Below are positions 8,781-17,900 of a DNA stretch of 45,252 bases, one piece after another (position 1 is the first letter of the stretch; each line of letters begins with the position of its first letter). The DNA is from a virus (Duplodnaviria > Caudoviricetes). A model generated the notes under the pieces. The model was not told where the DNA came from and did no database searches. It saw only the letters and a list, made by a program, of their open reading frames with translations. The stretch spans positions 1 through 45,252 of IMG/VR virus record IMGVR_UViG_3300048575_000491. One strand, given 5' to 3'. The translations under genes and the position numbers were made by a program.

Positions 8781-8826
8781 GCCTCTCACGCCGCTAACAG
8801 GGGTTCAAATCCCCTTGGGGACGCCA
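8781..8826 (+). other. 3' half of tRNA-Glu(CTC), the att site of the integrative element
   Basis: Anticodon loop CTCTCAC, T arm AGGGG-TTCAAAT-CCCCT and the acceptor 3' strand ending in CCA. The 5' acceptor strand and D arm are absent. Confidence 0.9.
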
Positions 8827-8835
8827 AACAAGTTC

Positions 8836-8868
8836 AAGGACTTCGGAGAAATCCGAAGTCCTTTTTTT
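8836..8868 (+). terminator. Intrinsic terminator of the tRNA locus
   Basis: AAGGACTTCGGA-GAAA-TCCGAAGTCCTT followed by a T run. Confidence 0.9.
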
Positions 8869-8975
8869 GCTCAGGACACATTCTGGACACATTTTTCAGA
8901 TTCGCGCTGGTGTCCTAGGGGTGGGACAAGAAAAGGTCAATACTTCAGGAGGTCGTAGTTTCAAGCAATGGGAAG

Positions 8976-9049
8976 TGTAGCGTGACGGGTAGTTTTGTAA
9001 ACAACGACGCTTAATTTTGAAACCCAAGGCAGCTAAGTTCAGACGTTTT
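8976..9049. repeat. Putative prophage right end: terminal TG plus three 22-bp transposase-binding repeats
   Basis: TGTAGCGT at 8976, then gacgggtagttttgtaaacaac / gacgcttaattttgaaacccaa / ggcagctaagttcagacgtttt in 22-bp register. Confidence 0.55.
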
Positions 9050-10004
9050 CGGGCTGGCCTTCAAAACCCTTTTTCTCGCCGATTTCGCTCAAATCCATAA
9101 GCGCGCCCGGGGACGTCTCGCGGGCTGCTGTCCGGGGGTCACCCTTAACGAACACAAGGACGTTTTGGTGGCCTTTGCCAAGCTTGCGTGCCTTGAATGC
9201 CCCGTGCGCACGGAGGGCTAAAGTGCCTACCGGGGTAATCAGGGCCGCTTCATTGTATAGCTTCAAACCGGCATCAGAAAACGCCCTGATCGTTTCGCTT
9301 GGCAGGCCACGATAACAACCTGCCTTGTCACGCACATCACCTACCACGAAAGCCGCAAATCGATCCTCTCGAAGAAGTCGGCACGCCTGCTTTATGATGT
9401 GGCGATACGCGCCGAGAAAGACATCCCACGGCATCGTTGACAGGTCGTCCGGCTGACATGAGTATCTTTCAAGGTCATGGTACGGAGGGCAAGAAAAGAC
9501 AAAGTCAGCTTGTACCCTCGTGTGGTCTCTTATTTTTACGCTGTCCCCGACAATCCAAATAGGTTGAGGATCGGCTCCATCACACAATGAACGTGCCTGG
9601 GATTGATTAGCCTCGACTTGCTCGGGCCTAACGTCAATACCGATATATCGACGCCCCATAAGACATGCCACCACTCCTCGCACAGGCCCCCCGGCAAAGG
9701 GGTCCAGGATGACGCCGGTCTTAGGACAGAACCAGTTGTAGAGCAACTCCGTAAGGACGGGGTCAAAGGGTGAGCAATCGATCCACGCGGGGCGGTCGCC
9801 GGAGTTTTTAAAAGGCAACGTCATCAAACTATTGTGGATAGCCCCACGCCCCACTTCACCAGTCAAGCCGAAATCCCGCCACGCCTTTTTCCTAGCTAAC
9901 CATCGTCCTCCCCGTCCATCAAGTACAGAAAATGGAGGATAGCCATAACAATGCTCAAGATTCCCTTTCTCCATGGATAGAGCCTTCTTTGTTCGAGGCT
10001 CCAT
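9039..10004 (-). CDS. Amino (N6A/N4C) DNA methyltransferase in the mom position (start 10004 or 9974)
   Basis: ILDPFAGG SAM-binding motif I precedes the FSCPPY catalytic motif IV; last gene before the phage end. Confidence 0.85.
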   Translation of the reverse strand: MEPRTKKALSMEKGNLEHCYGYPPFSVLDGRGGRWLARKKAWRDFGLTGEVGRGAIHNSLMTLPFKNSGDRPAWIDCSPFDPVLTELLYNWFCPKTGVILDPFAGGPVRGVVACLMGRRYIGIDVRPEQVEANQSQARSLCDGADPQPIWIVGDSVKIRDHTRVQADFVFSCPPYHDLERYSCQPDDLSTMPWDVFLGAYRHIIKQACRLLREDRFAAFVVGDVRDKAGCYRGLPSETIRAFSDAGLKLYNEAALITPVGTLALRAHGAFKARKLGKGHQNVLVFVKGDPRTAARETSPGALMDLSEIGEKKGFEGQPENV

Positions 10005-10134
10005 GGCCTTCTACAATGGGACTCGCGGCCCTCACGTGATTGATCGCCCCGCATCTGGGGCACTTGATGGAGAGGTCCAGGGCCTCTCCCTTGGCAAGCA
10101 ACCTACTACACTCGCCGCATCGAATATCCCTCAT
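9955..10134 (-). CDS. com: Mu Com-like zinc-finger translational regulator, 59 aa (not in ORF track)
   Basis: Manual translation MRDIRCGECSRLLAKGEALDLSIKCPRCGAINHV...; overlaps the methyltransferase start as com overlaps mom. Confidence 0.88.
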   Translation of the reverse strand: MRDIRCGECSRLLAKGEALDLSIKCPRCGAINHVRAASPIVEGHGASNKEGSIHGERES

Positions 10135-10203
10135 TCCTGGCCTTTACAGGTTGTGCCTGCGCTGTTACGCCCCCTGTACCCCTGGTCGCCAGATCATGGG
10201 CAG

Positions 10204-10282
10204 GGAGCAGCTGGCGCAAGCTGGTGGACCGGCGTCCCCGCGCCGGGCCAGTGGGACGGCTGCAATCCGTCCCGCCTGCTCC
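10204..10282 (+). ncRNA. 79-nt cloverleaf RNA, antisense to the late transcript (C4/CI-like architecture)
   Basis: Closing stem GGAGCAG/CTGCTCC and three hairpins. The G-U pairs and a GCAA tetraloop work only on the + strand. Confidence 0.5.
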
Positions 10283-10284
10283 GC

Positions 10285-11217
10285 TTACGCCGCTTTGGGC
10301 AGCGTCATCTCGCAAATCTTATCCAGCAGCGCGTCCTGGTCGGCGATCACGCCCCGGGCAATGGCCTCCAGGGTGGCCAGGGCCTTGGGGCTGGCGTCGT
10401 CCATGGCCAGCTCGCCCGGCAGCGCCGGCTGGATGCGTACCATCTGGTCCCCTAGCAGGGCTTGGCACTGGTGGGCGGCCGTGTCGGCCTGTCCGTCGAA
10501 CATGCAGTCGAGGAGCGGCCGGACCCACTTGGCCAGTCCCCAGCGGCGGGCCATGTCATAAAGATAGGGCCGCTCAATCTGCCCGGTGCCCAGCGAAACC
10601 ATCACCACGTTATCAAGCCGGCCGGCCTTGGCCGCCTGGGCCAAGGCGCAGGCCGCCGGGTTGTTGGCGTATAATCCACCGTCCACGAAAGCGGCCTCGT
10701 CTCCGGCCAGGGACGTGATCCGCGCCGGCGGGAAATAGGTCGGGGCGGCGCTGGTCGCCCGGCAGACGTCGCGCAGGTGGTAGTCCCGCCACGCATAGTC
10801 CTGCGCCTTGAGCGACTTAAACAGGTGCGGAGTTCGGGCCTCGATGTCGTAGGCCGGGACAAGCAGCTCCACAGCGCAACCCGACAGCCGGCGGTCCCCG
10901 AAGACGGCGGCCAGGGCAGTCTCAATGCCGGCGGCCCCGTACTGCGGTCCCCACAGGCCGAATCCCGTGGCGAGACGATGCCCGAACGACTTGGAGAAGA
11001 TCTGTCGGCCGCGCTCCCGGTAGAGGGCGACCACGTCCCGGGCCGGGATGCCGGCCGCCACGGCGCAGGCGATGATGCCGCCGGTCGACGTGCCCGCGAC
11101 CAGGTCGAACAATTCGGCGGCCGGTCGACCGGCCCGGGCCTCGATGTCGGCCAGGATCATGGCCGGGATCAGGCCGAGGATGCCGCCGCCGTCGATGGAT
11201 AGAATGCGGCGGGTCAT
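10285..11217 (-). CDS. Patatin-like phospholipase
   Basis: DGGGILG oxyanion motif, GTSTG nucleophile, SAAPTYF and the DGG catalytic Asp are all intact. Confidence 0.95.
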   Translation of the reverse strand: MTRRILSIDGGGILGLIPAMILADIEARAGRPAAELFDLVAGTSTGGIIACAVAAGIPARDVVALYRERGRQIFSKSFGHRLATGFGLWGPQYGAAGIETALAAVFGDRRLSGCAVELLVPAYDIEARTPHLFKSLKAQDYAWRDYHLRDVCRATSAAPTYFPPARITSLAGDEAAFVDGGLYANNPAACALAQAAKAGRLDNVVMVSLGTGQIERPYLYDMARRWGLAKWVRPLLDCMFDGQADTAAHQCQALLGDQMVRIQPALPGELAMDDASPKALATLEAIARGVIADQDALLDKICEMTLPKAA

Positions 11218-11738
11218 GCTGTTACTCCCAGGATGGCGTCGGCCCGGGCCTGGTCGAACCCGGGGATCTTACCCACCAAGTAAAGCACGCCGTCGATGAC
11301 CGGCTGGTAGGTCAGGTCAATAATGTCGGCGGCGAGCAGTTGCATCCAAAACAGGTCGACGACCACGTCGGTCTTGGCCAGCTCCCGGGCGGCGATCAGT
11401 TCGGCCGGGGTGAAGCGGGCCAGGAAGGCGGTGCGGCTCATTTCGGTGGTTGCCGCCGGTGCGGTATCGGCAGGCGGGTTGGCCGCCCAGGCGACCACTT
11501 CATTCCAGGAAGTCGGAAAAGCCAGTTGGTGTTGGACGCCATCGCGTTCCACAAGCGCCAGCGGGTAGCCCGGGAAGGCCGGACAGAGCGCCACGCAAGC
11601 GTCATGGCCGGAGACGATGCGCACGGTGTCGGTGCCGATGGCCATGGTCACGTCGTCGCCCTCGGGGATCGTAACGCCGAGAGCGGCCAGGAAATCCCGG
11701 GACGAGGCGGAGAAGGGGTCATGCAATATCGTGATCAT
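11214..11738 (-). CDS. Hypothetical tail-associated protein (possible fibre chaperone)
   Basis: TAATG-coupled to the upstream gene and ATGA-coupled to patatin; C-terminal FLARFTPAE... region typical of genes after fibres. Confidence 0.65.
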   Translation of the reverse strand: MITILHDPFSASSRDFLAALGVTIPEGDDVTMAIGTDTVRIVSGHDACVALCPAFPGYPLALVERDGVQHQLAFPTSWNEVVAWAANPPADTAPAATTEMSRTAFLARFTPAELIAARELAKTDVVVDLFWMQLLAADIIDLTYQPVIDGVLYLVGKIPGFDQARADAILGVTA

Positions 11739-12856
11739 TATGCGGCCCATCCCATGATTGCAAACGATTTCGACTGCGTACTTCCTACTCCACCAGCCGC
11801 GCCAGGATATGTTCCTGTTCCGGCCAAACCACCTATTGCCAACAGGTTCGGCGTTCCGGTTAGCGCCCCTGCGTAAGACAGACCGACGCTGCCAGCCCCG
11901 CTCCCCCCGCCAGCGCGCGTGCCAGCCCCGCCCTGCGAGCCGTTGGCGGAAAAAACATGGCCTGCGGTCAGGGACACAGCGCCACGGCAGATACACAGGA
12001 GGACACCCCCTGTGCCATCCGCGCCATTGGTCCCTCCATCCGCGCCCTGGCCGCCGGGGTTGCCAGCGCCACCCCCGCTGGGGGCAAAGCCGGTGTTTGT
12101 AAATGCACTTCCGCCAAGGCCGCCATATCGATCAGGGTCGCGGAACCAAACCCCATATGAGGGGTCGCTATATACCCCGTTTGAGCCAGGACCGCCGCCC
12201 CACGGCCTGCCGGGCGAGCCTTGAGGGGCCATCGCGTATGGGCCGCCACTACCCGTACCCCCGCTGCCCGTTCCGCCGCCTGACCCTGCATTTCCGGCTT
12301 TAGGGTTGGAGTTTTGCCCGTTGACTGTATACCCACCGCACCCGGCCGCCGAAATGATGGTGCTGCCATAGGGCGTCCACGTCGCCCAATCGCACGTAAC
12401 GTCACCCATCCCAGGGGGCGGACAGGCATACATGCTCGGGTCAAAGATACAGTAGCCCGTCGTCCGAATCCATTTCAGGAAATCGGCGTAGCTGGTGTTT
12501 TTACCCGAGAATGTGATGGCTTGCGGCACAAAAATGTCTTTGTCCACAGCCCACTTAGGAGACCCTGCCGCGCCCCTGGCCGTCATGGAGACAGAGCCGG
12601 CCGCGCCCACGGACAGCGAGTCAGATAATACGATCAAGCCACGGCATCGGTGCGAGGCCGTCAGGGACGCATTGACGGTCAACGCCCCGTATCGGGCGAC
12701 CTGGATGGGGCCGTCCAGCGTCGTCGGGATGGACGTCGGCGTGCTTACCGTGACGTCCCCCTTGCTGTCATAAAGGTTGAAAAAGTTGGCCAGGTTGACG
12801 CCAGGCGTCCAAACGGCAGACCACAATTGCTTGGCGGAGAGTTTCGAGACGGCCAT
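11738..12856 (-). CDS. Glycine-rich tail/receptor-binding protein
   Basis: Repeated GGGAG/GSGG tracts; position at the end of the tail operon. Confidence 0.65.
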   Translation of the reverse strand: MAVSKLSAKQLWSAVWTPGVNLANFFNLYDSKGDVTVSTPTSIPTTLDGPIQVARYGALTVNASLTASHRCRGLIVLSDSLSVGAAGSVSMTARGAAGSPKWAVDKDIFVPQAITFSGKNTSYADFLKWIRTTGYCIFDPSMYACPPPGMGDVTCDWATWTPYGSTIISAAGCGGYTVNGQNSNPKAGNAGSGGGTGSGGTGSGGPYAMAPQGSPGRPWGGGPGSNGVYSDPSYGVWFRDPDRYGGLGGSAFTNTGFAPSGGGAGNPGGQGADGGTNGADGTGGVLLCICRGAVSLTAGHVFSANGSQGGAGTRAGGGSGAGSVGLSYAGALTGTPNLLAIGGLAGTGTYPGAAGGVGSTQSKSFAIMGWAA

Positions 12857-12858
12857 GG

Positions 12859-13182
12859 CTACCCCTCCTCCCCCGACGCCAGAAACGATACCGTCGGTAG
12901 CGTCGAAAGCACCCGCAGCTTGTCCGGGGTGGTGCTGGCGGCGATGAAGATCTTCGTGTCGATGTGGATCGCTTCACCCGGGCCAAGCGAAGCCTTGAGC
13001 AGGGTGGCTTTGATGGTCCCGGTGGAGGTGGTAAGGGTGACGGTGACGTCGGCGGAATCCACCGTACTGGTGTTGCACAGGATCAGGCCGAAGAGGGCCG
13101 CTTCCAGGTTCGCGCCGGGGACGACCAGATCCGTGACCGTGTTGGCCACCACGCTTGGCAGCGCCCATGGTTTAATTGCCAT
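12859..13182 (-). CDS. Small beta-rich virion protein
   Basis: 107-aa ORF packed between tail genes; GGGGA RBS. Confidence 0.65.
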   Translation of the reverse strand: MAIKPWALPSVVANTVTDLVVPGANLEAALFGLILCNTSTVDSADVTVTLTTSTGTIKATLLKASLGPGEAIHIDTKIFIAASTTPDKLRVLSTLPTVSFLASGEEG

Positions 13183-13196
13183 TGTATTGTATCCCC

Positions 13197-14033
13197 CTAT
13201 GAATACCTTAGTGCAATCCGTCTGACATCAGCCTTAGACAGCCCTGATTGCCCCAACGTCAGTTTGCCGTCAGACCCGACAACCAACGCCGAGCCAGCAT
13301 CCTCGGCTGTGATCGCGGGCAGTCCCAATCCTGCGGTAGCGGCCTCCGCAGCAACTCGGGCAGCATCAGCCGCTGCCGCGTTTGTCTCGGCTGTCGCAGC
13401 CGATGTGGCAGCGGCATTTTTAGAGGCCAGGGCATTGGCCTCGGATGTGGCGGCGTTGGTCGCCGATGTGGCGGCGGCGTTCTTCGAGGCCAAAGCATTA
13501 GCCTCGGATGTGGCCGCATTGGTCGCCGATGTGGCGGCGGCGTTCTTCGAGGCCAAGGCATTGGTCTCGGACGTGGCGGCGTTGGTCGCCGAAGTAGCGG
13601 CGGCGTTCTTCGAGGCCAAGGCATTAGCCTCGGATGTGGCCGCATTGGTCGCCGAGGTATTTGCAGCCGTGGCTTTTGTCGTCGCGGTCGTAGCCGATGT
13701 GGCCGCATTGGTTGCCGAGGCAGCGGCGGCGTTCTTCGATGCCAAGGCATTAGCCTCGGACGTGGCCGCATTGGTCGCCGAGGTGTTCGCAGCCGTGGCT
13801 TTTGTCATCGCGGTCGTAGCCGATGTGGCCGCGTTGGTCGCCGATGTGGCGGCGGCCGTGGCATCACTATTAACGGCTACCGCCACGGCATTGACTTGGA
13901 CACGCCATATCGCCAACTGGTTCGCCAAGGTCACCAGCTTGCCCAAATAGTCCGCCGCCCGGGCACGAAATCCCCCGCCCTCTTTCGGGGCCTCGGGCAG
14001 TGCCGTGATCTCTTGGGTGATTTGTTCGGCCAT
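13197..14033 (-). CDS. Tail fibre stalk-like protein with Ala/Thr/Ser/Asn repeats
   Basis: (ATNAATSEANALASKNAAATS)n, a composition like lambda Stf. Confidence 0.75.
   Translation of the reverse strand: MAEQITQEITALPEAPKEGGGFRARAADYLGKLVTLANQLAIWRVQVNAVAVAVNSDATAAATSATNAATSATTAMTKATAANTSATNAATSEANALASKNAAAASATNAATSATTATTKATAANTSATNAATSEANALASKNAAATSATNAATSETNALASKNAAATSATNAATSEANALASKNAAATSATNAATSEANALASKNAAATSAATAETNAAAADAARVAAEAATAGLGLPAITAEDAGSALVVGSDGKLTLGQSGLSKADVRRIALRYS
13390..13860. repeat. Coding tandem repeat with a 63-bp unit built from 21-bp subunits
   Basis: Repeated gccgatgtggcggcggcgttcttcgaggccaaggcattagcctcggatgtggccgcattggtc. Confidence 0.85.
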
Positions 14034-14035
14034 TG

Positions 14036-14944
14036 CTACTTAACCCCCACAATCTTATAATCGACTTCTTGTACGGTCGCCCGCACGATAGACGGCTCAT
14101 ATGTCCGCAAAAGGCCGTACATAATCATGGCGTTGTGCAAGCCGTCAGGGTGTACTTCGTTGGCGCAAAAGTGAGCGGTCGGAACGGCTCGCAGGCTGTT
14201 TGCTACCCGACGACGAGAGTACAGCAGATGCGACTCCACATAGAGTGTTCCCTCGGAACCCGTGGCATAGGCTCCCTCCGAAACGTAGATTGCCCCGAAG
14301 GAGTTGACGTCAAATACGGTATAGTCCGTCATCGGTAGGGTGTTGCCGTATTGGGTGTCACCCATATGCTGGACCTCACCAATGATGTAGTTGCCGGCAG
14401 TGGGTTTGTCCCCTGTAATGGTGATGGTCACAAAAGCGCGGGTCATGATTGGGAACTCGAACCAGCAAACGTCGGCCCATTGGCGAGCGCCGTAAAAATA
14501 GTCTTCCCAATTTTGCACCGACTCTGTCAGCAAATTCACCGTTTCGTTGTAGACGACGTCCCCTTGGGCATTGGCAACCACGATGGAAGCAGTCTCACCA
14601 ACCAACCCAAACAGCGCCAACCCGTTGCAATAGGAAACGTCCAGGACGTCTACCATGTCGCCGCCAGCGCTTTGGACGGTGAGGGTGTTGACGTAAGGAT
14701 CAAACTTGCGCCACCGGTTGGTGTACCCCGTCAGGCTCCAGGCCGGAGACGATCCGGCCAAGTTGGCCGAGGGCAGCTTGCCGGCGTTGCTGGCGATGAG
14801 GCTCTGATAGATCTTATGCCCCTCGATGCAGGTGCCGCCGATGGAGTACGTGGCGTCGCCGTCGAACACCGGGGCGTCATCCTCCGGGACCGTGGACGAC
14901 ACCAACACGCTGTCGTCTATGGTGATAGGGATAATGGACTTCAC
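14036..14944 (-). CDS. Post-tape-measure tail tip protein
   Basis: 302-aa ORF overlapping the TMP stop; N-terminal TYSIG...KIYQSL...W small beta module. Confidence 0.7.
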   Translation of the reverse strand: MKSIIPITIDDSVLVSSTVPEDDAPVFDGDATYSIGGTCIEGHKIYQSLIASNAGKLPSANLAGSSPAWSLTGYTNRWRKFDPYVNTLTVQSAGGDMVDVLDVSYCNGLALFGLVGETASIVVANAQGDVVYNETVNLLTESVQNWEDYFYGARQWADVCWFEFPIMTRAFVTITITGDKPTAGNYIIGEVQHMGDTQYGNTLPMTDYTVFDVNSFGAIYVSEGAYATGSEGTLYVESHLLYSRRRVANSLRAVPTAHFCANEVHPDGLHNAMIMYGLLRTYEPSIVRATVQEVDYKIVGVK

Positions 14945-17900
14945 GGAGCGACCTCCACCGTGCCGGTGACCTCAACCGGCCCCTTGACGCCGACTTGCAG
15001 GCTTCCGTTGAGCGCCCAATCATCGACCTGGGATGCGATGCTGGTCAGGCGACGCGTCATGGCGCGGTTTTCCTCGGTGTTTGCCTTTTTGGCGGCGTCC
15101 ACGGCATCGGTCAGCCGGTCCACCCGGGCAATGAGCGCCTCAACCAGCCTGCCGCCCCCCTGGCCTCCGCCAAACACCAACTCCTCAAAGGCGTCGTTTT
15201 GGCGGGGCGTCAGCACCCGCTCGCCGCCGTTGGCAAACACCAGTGTGTTGTCCCCAGCCGTGCTAGGGCTGGAGATGACGCCGCCAAGCGCGAAGCCGTA
15301 TTGTGACTTGAGAGCCAGATAGGCGTCCTGGGCTGCAATGTATGACTGGTAGAGGGTTTCCGAGCCGCCGGGCAACGCGCCGGCATACTGTCGGTACAGC
15401 CCCATTGCACCAGACCAATCCACATAGCCGGTCCCCACGCCGTAGTGATTGAGGAACCATCCGATATAATCAGTCCAGTTGAGTTGACCGGATTGCAACT
15501 CTTGAAGCCGGGTCCTGCCGTCCCCTTCGTAGTCGGCAAACAGGTCCGTCAACCCCTGCCAGCCAATGCCGGTGGTTGCCAGCCCCGAAATGTACTTTGC
15601 AACGTCGGACCCCTTGAATGCCTCCTGGGATTGCGTGAACAGGGCGTCGGCCTTGGACTTGGCCTGGGCAACCTCGGCTCTATGTAGGGCCTTGCGGGCC
15701 TCCTCGATCTGATCGTCAGTGACGGTCTTGCCGATACCGGTCAACTCGCCGCCGATGCCGGTGCCGGACGTCGCCAGCTGCGAAAGCATGGACGTGATCC
15801 AATCCACCCCGGAGCGATACACGGACTCATCGGCCGTCGAGGACTTGAGCGCGGACAGATACGACGTCGCATAGCTGGTGATATTGGACATGGCTTCGGT
15901 GTCGCCAGCCGCCGCCTTGGCATACTGCTCCTCGAAATAGCTTTTCGCATTGGCGGCAGCGACATCCGCCGTGTCCGTCCTGTAGTCCTCACCGGTGCGA
16001 ATCTCGTAAATGGTCGAGTAGATGTCCTCGACCATGTCGTTGACGGCGTTGGCAATGGCCTTGAGCGAGTCGATGATGCTGTCCGCCAAATCGGTCTCGC
16101 CGGCCTGATACCGCTCGAAAAGGCCGTACAACTCCTCAATCGCGGATTGAGTGTTGCCGGTCAGGGAGTTGAGCAGCTCGGATTGCGTCTGGTACAGGTC
16201 GCGCAGGTCGTCGGACATCTTGTCGATGGTGTCGGCCCAATACTGGGCCAGCTCATCCATCTGGACCGACATCAGGTCGGTGATGAGGTCGGGATCAATG
16301 CCGTCGGCATAGGCCTGGGCCAGCTCATCGGCAAAGCCGGCGACCATTTGCAGCGCCTGGGCCTCCTCGTCATAACCGGCGATGGTGGCCCGGCGGGCCT
16401 CCAGATCGGCGCGCATGGCCCGGGTCGCCTCGGCCGTGGCGTCGGCCGTCTCCTGGATCATATTGATGATCTCGGCCCATTGCGCGCGCTGGAGCGTTTG
16501 GAACAACTCCTCTTCGGCCGACCCGGGCGACCAGTTGTACTCCTTGGCGAGCTTTTGCAGCTCGGCCTGGTTCTCGGCGATGGCAAGCGTGACCAGCGTC
16601 CCGGAATCGTCAATGGCCGTGGCGTAGCGCTTTTGGGCCTCGCGCAGCTCACCCGCGTAGTCTTCGGCGTGCTCGGCGATCTTGGCCGCGTACTCCAGGG
16701 CCTGCACCTCGGCGAGGCGTGACAGGTAGGCCGCGTCGTAGCCGGCCTCCCGGGCCGCAACCAGCTCCCATTCGGCGCTGGCCAGCAGCTCGGCCAGCTC
16801 GGCCTGATAGTCCAGGCCTTGGGCCTGCATGGCCCGGACATCGAGGCTTTGGTAGGCCTTGGCGACGGTGTCGGCCCAATCTTCCAGGGCGTCGGTCACG
16901 ACGTTGAGGGCGTTGACCCAACCGGCGGCGTCGGCCCACCGTTCAAACTCCTCGACCGACAACGCGCCGTGCATGGCTTGGTCGAAAGCGTCCCAAAAGT
17001 TTGCGATGGTGACGCCGGAACGCCCCAACTCTTCGATGGCTTCGCCGGCTTTCCCGGCATAGTAGGTGGCGTTTTCTTCGTAAGCCTGGACCGAATCCAA
17101 GGTGTTTTTCACCAGATTGGTCATCAAAGTCGAAAAAGCGTCCTCGCCGCCGACCGCGTCGATCAGGTCCGAGGCGTAGTCGGCCTGGAGGATTTTGGAG
17201 AGCTGCTCATCCGTGACCGCCAGCGCCTGGCTGCCGTCCGAGGCCGTGGCCGCCAGCTCGGCCAGCTGCGCTTCAGTCGCCCCCATGGAAGAGGCCATGG
17301 ACAGCAGCGCTTGGGCGGTCCCCTGGGCCGTCTCGGTGTTGACCTGTCGGATCTCCGCGATCTGGTCCGCCGTGATGCCGGCCAAGGTCTCCAGGTCGTA
17401 GCCGTAGGCCTCGGTATAGCCGCCGACGAGCTTGTAGGCGTCGGCCAGCCGCTTGAACTCGTCGACATAGACCTCGTACTTGTCGGCCACGAAGTCGAAC
17501 GCGCCCCGAAGGCCGGCTTCGTCCAGGGCGCTAAACGCCATGGCATTGGACGTGTTGCGCATGTAGCTTTGCAACTGGCCGTCCGTGATGGTCATCTCGG
17601 GCATCGAAAAGGAATCGAGGATGTCCACCGAAAAGCCGAGGGTCTTGGCGAAGTCGTGGAGCTGCTCGGCCGTCTCTTTGAGGGTGTCGTTGACCTGCTT
17701 GGCGACATCCGGGTCGACCATGCCGGTGGACACGGTCGAATACGACGTGGACGTGCCGCCGAAGCCGCTGGTCTTGGTCGTCTTGTAAAAGTCGACTCCG
17801 CTCATGTTGAGCGTGCCGGCGTTGATGGCGATTTTGTAGCCGCTGCCCGTCTTTTCGGTCTTCTCCGACGAGCTGAAGAGGCTGGACACCAGCCCCACGA

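Larger units (their letters stand above)
1..8826. mobile_element. tRNA-Glu-integrated element (satellite-like or integrated plasmid-like); left att lies outside the window
   Basis: Integrase at one end and a 3' tRNA fragment at the other, with xis, rep/iterons, resolvase and regulators between. No virion genes. Confidence 0.8.

Noticed and set aside
8755-8826. Complete tRNA gene
   Set aside because: No 5' acceptor strand (GTCCCC) or D arm upstream; only the 3' half is present.
10285-11217. CBASS system
   Set aside because: No CD-NTase or ancillary cap genes in the window.
11214-14033. Diversity-generating retroelement or retron acting on tail genes
   Set aside because: No reverse transcriptase and no TR/VR repeat pair seen.
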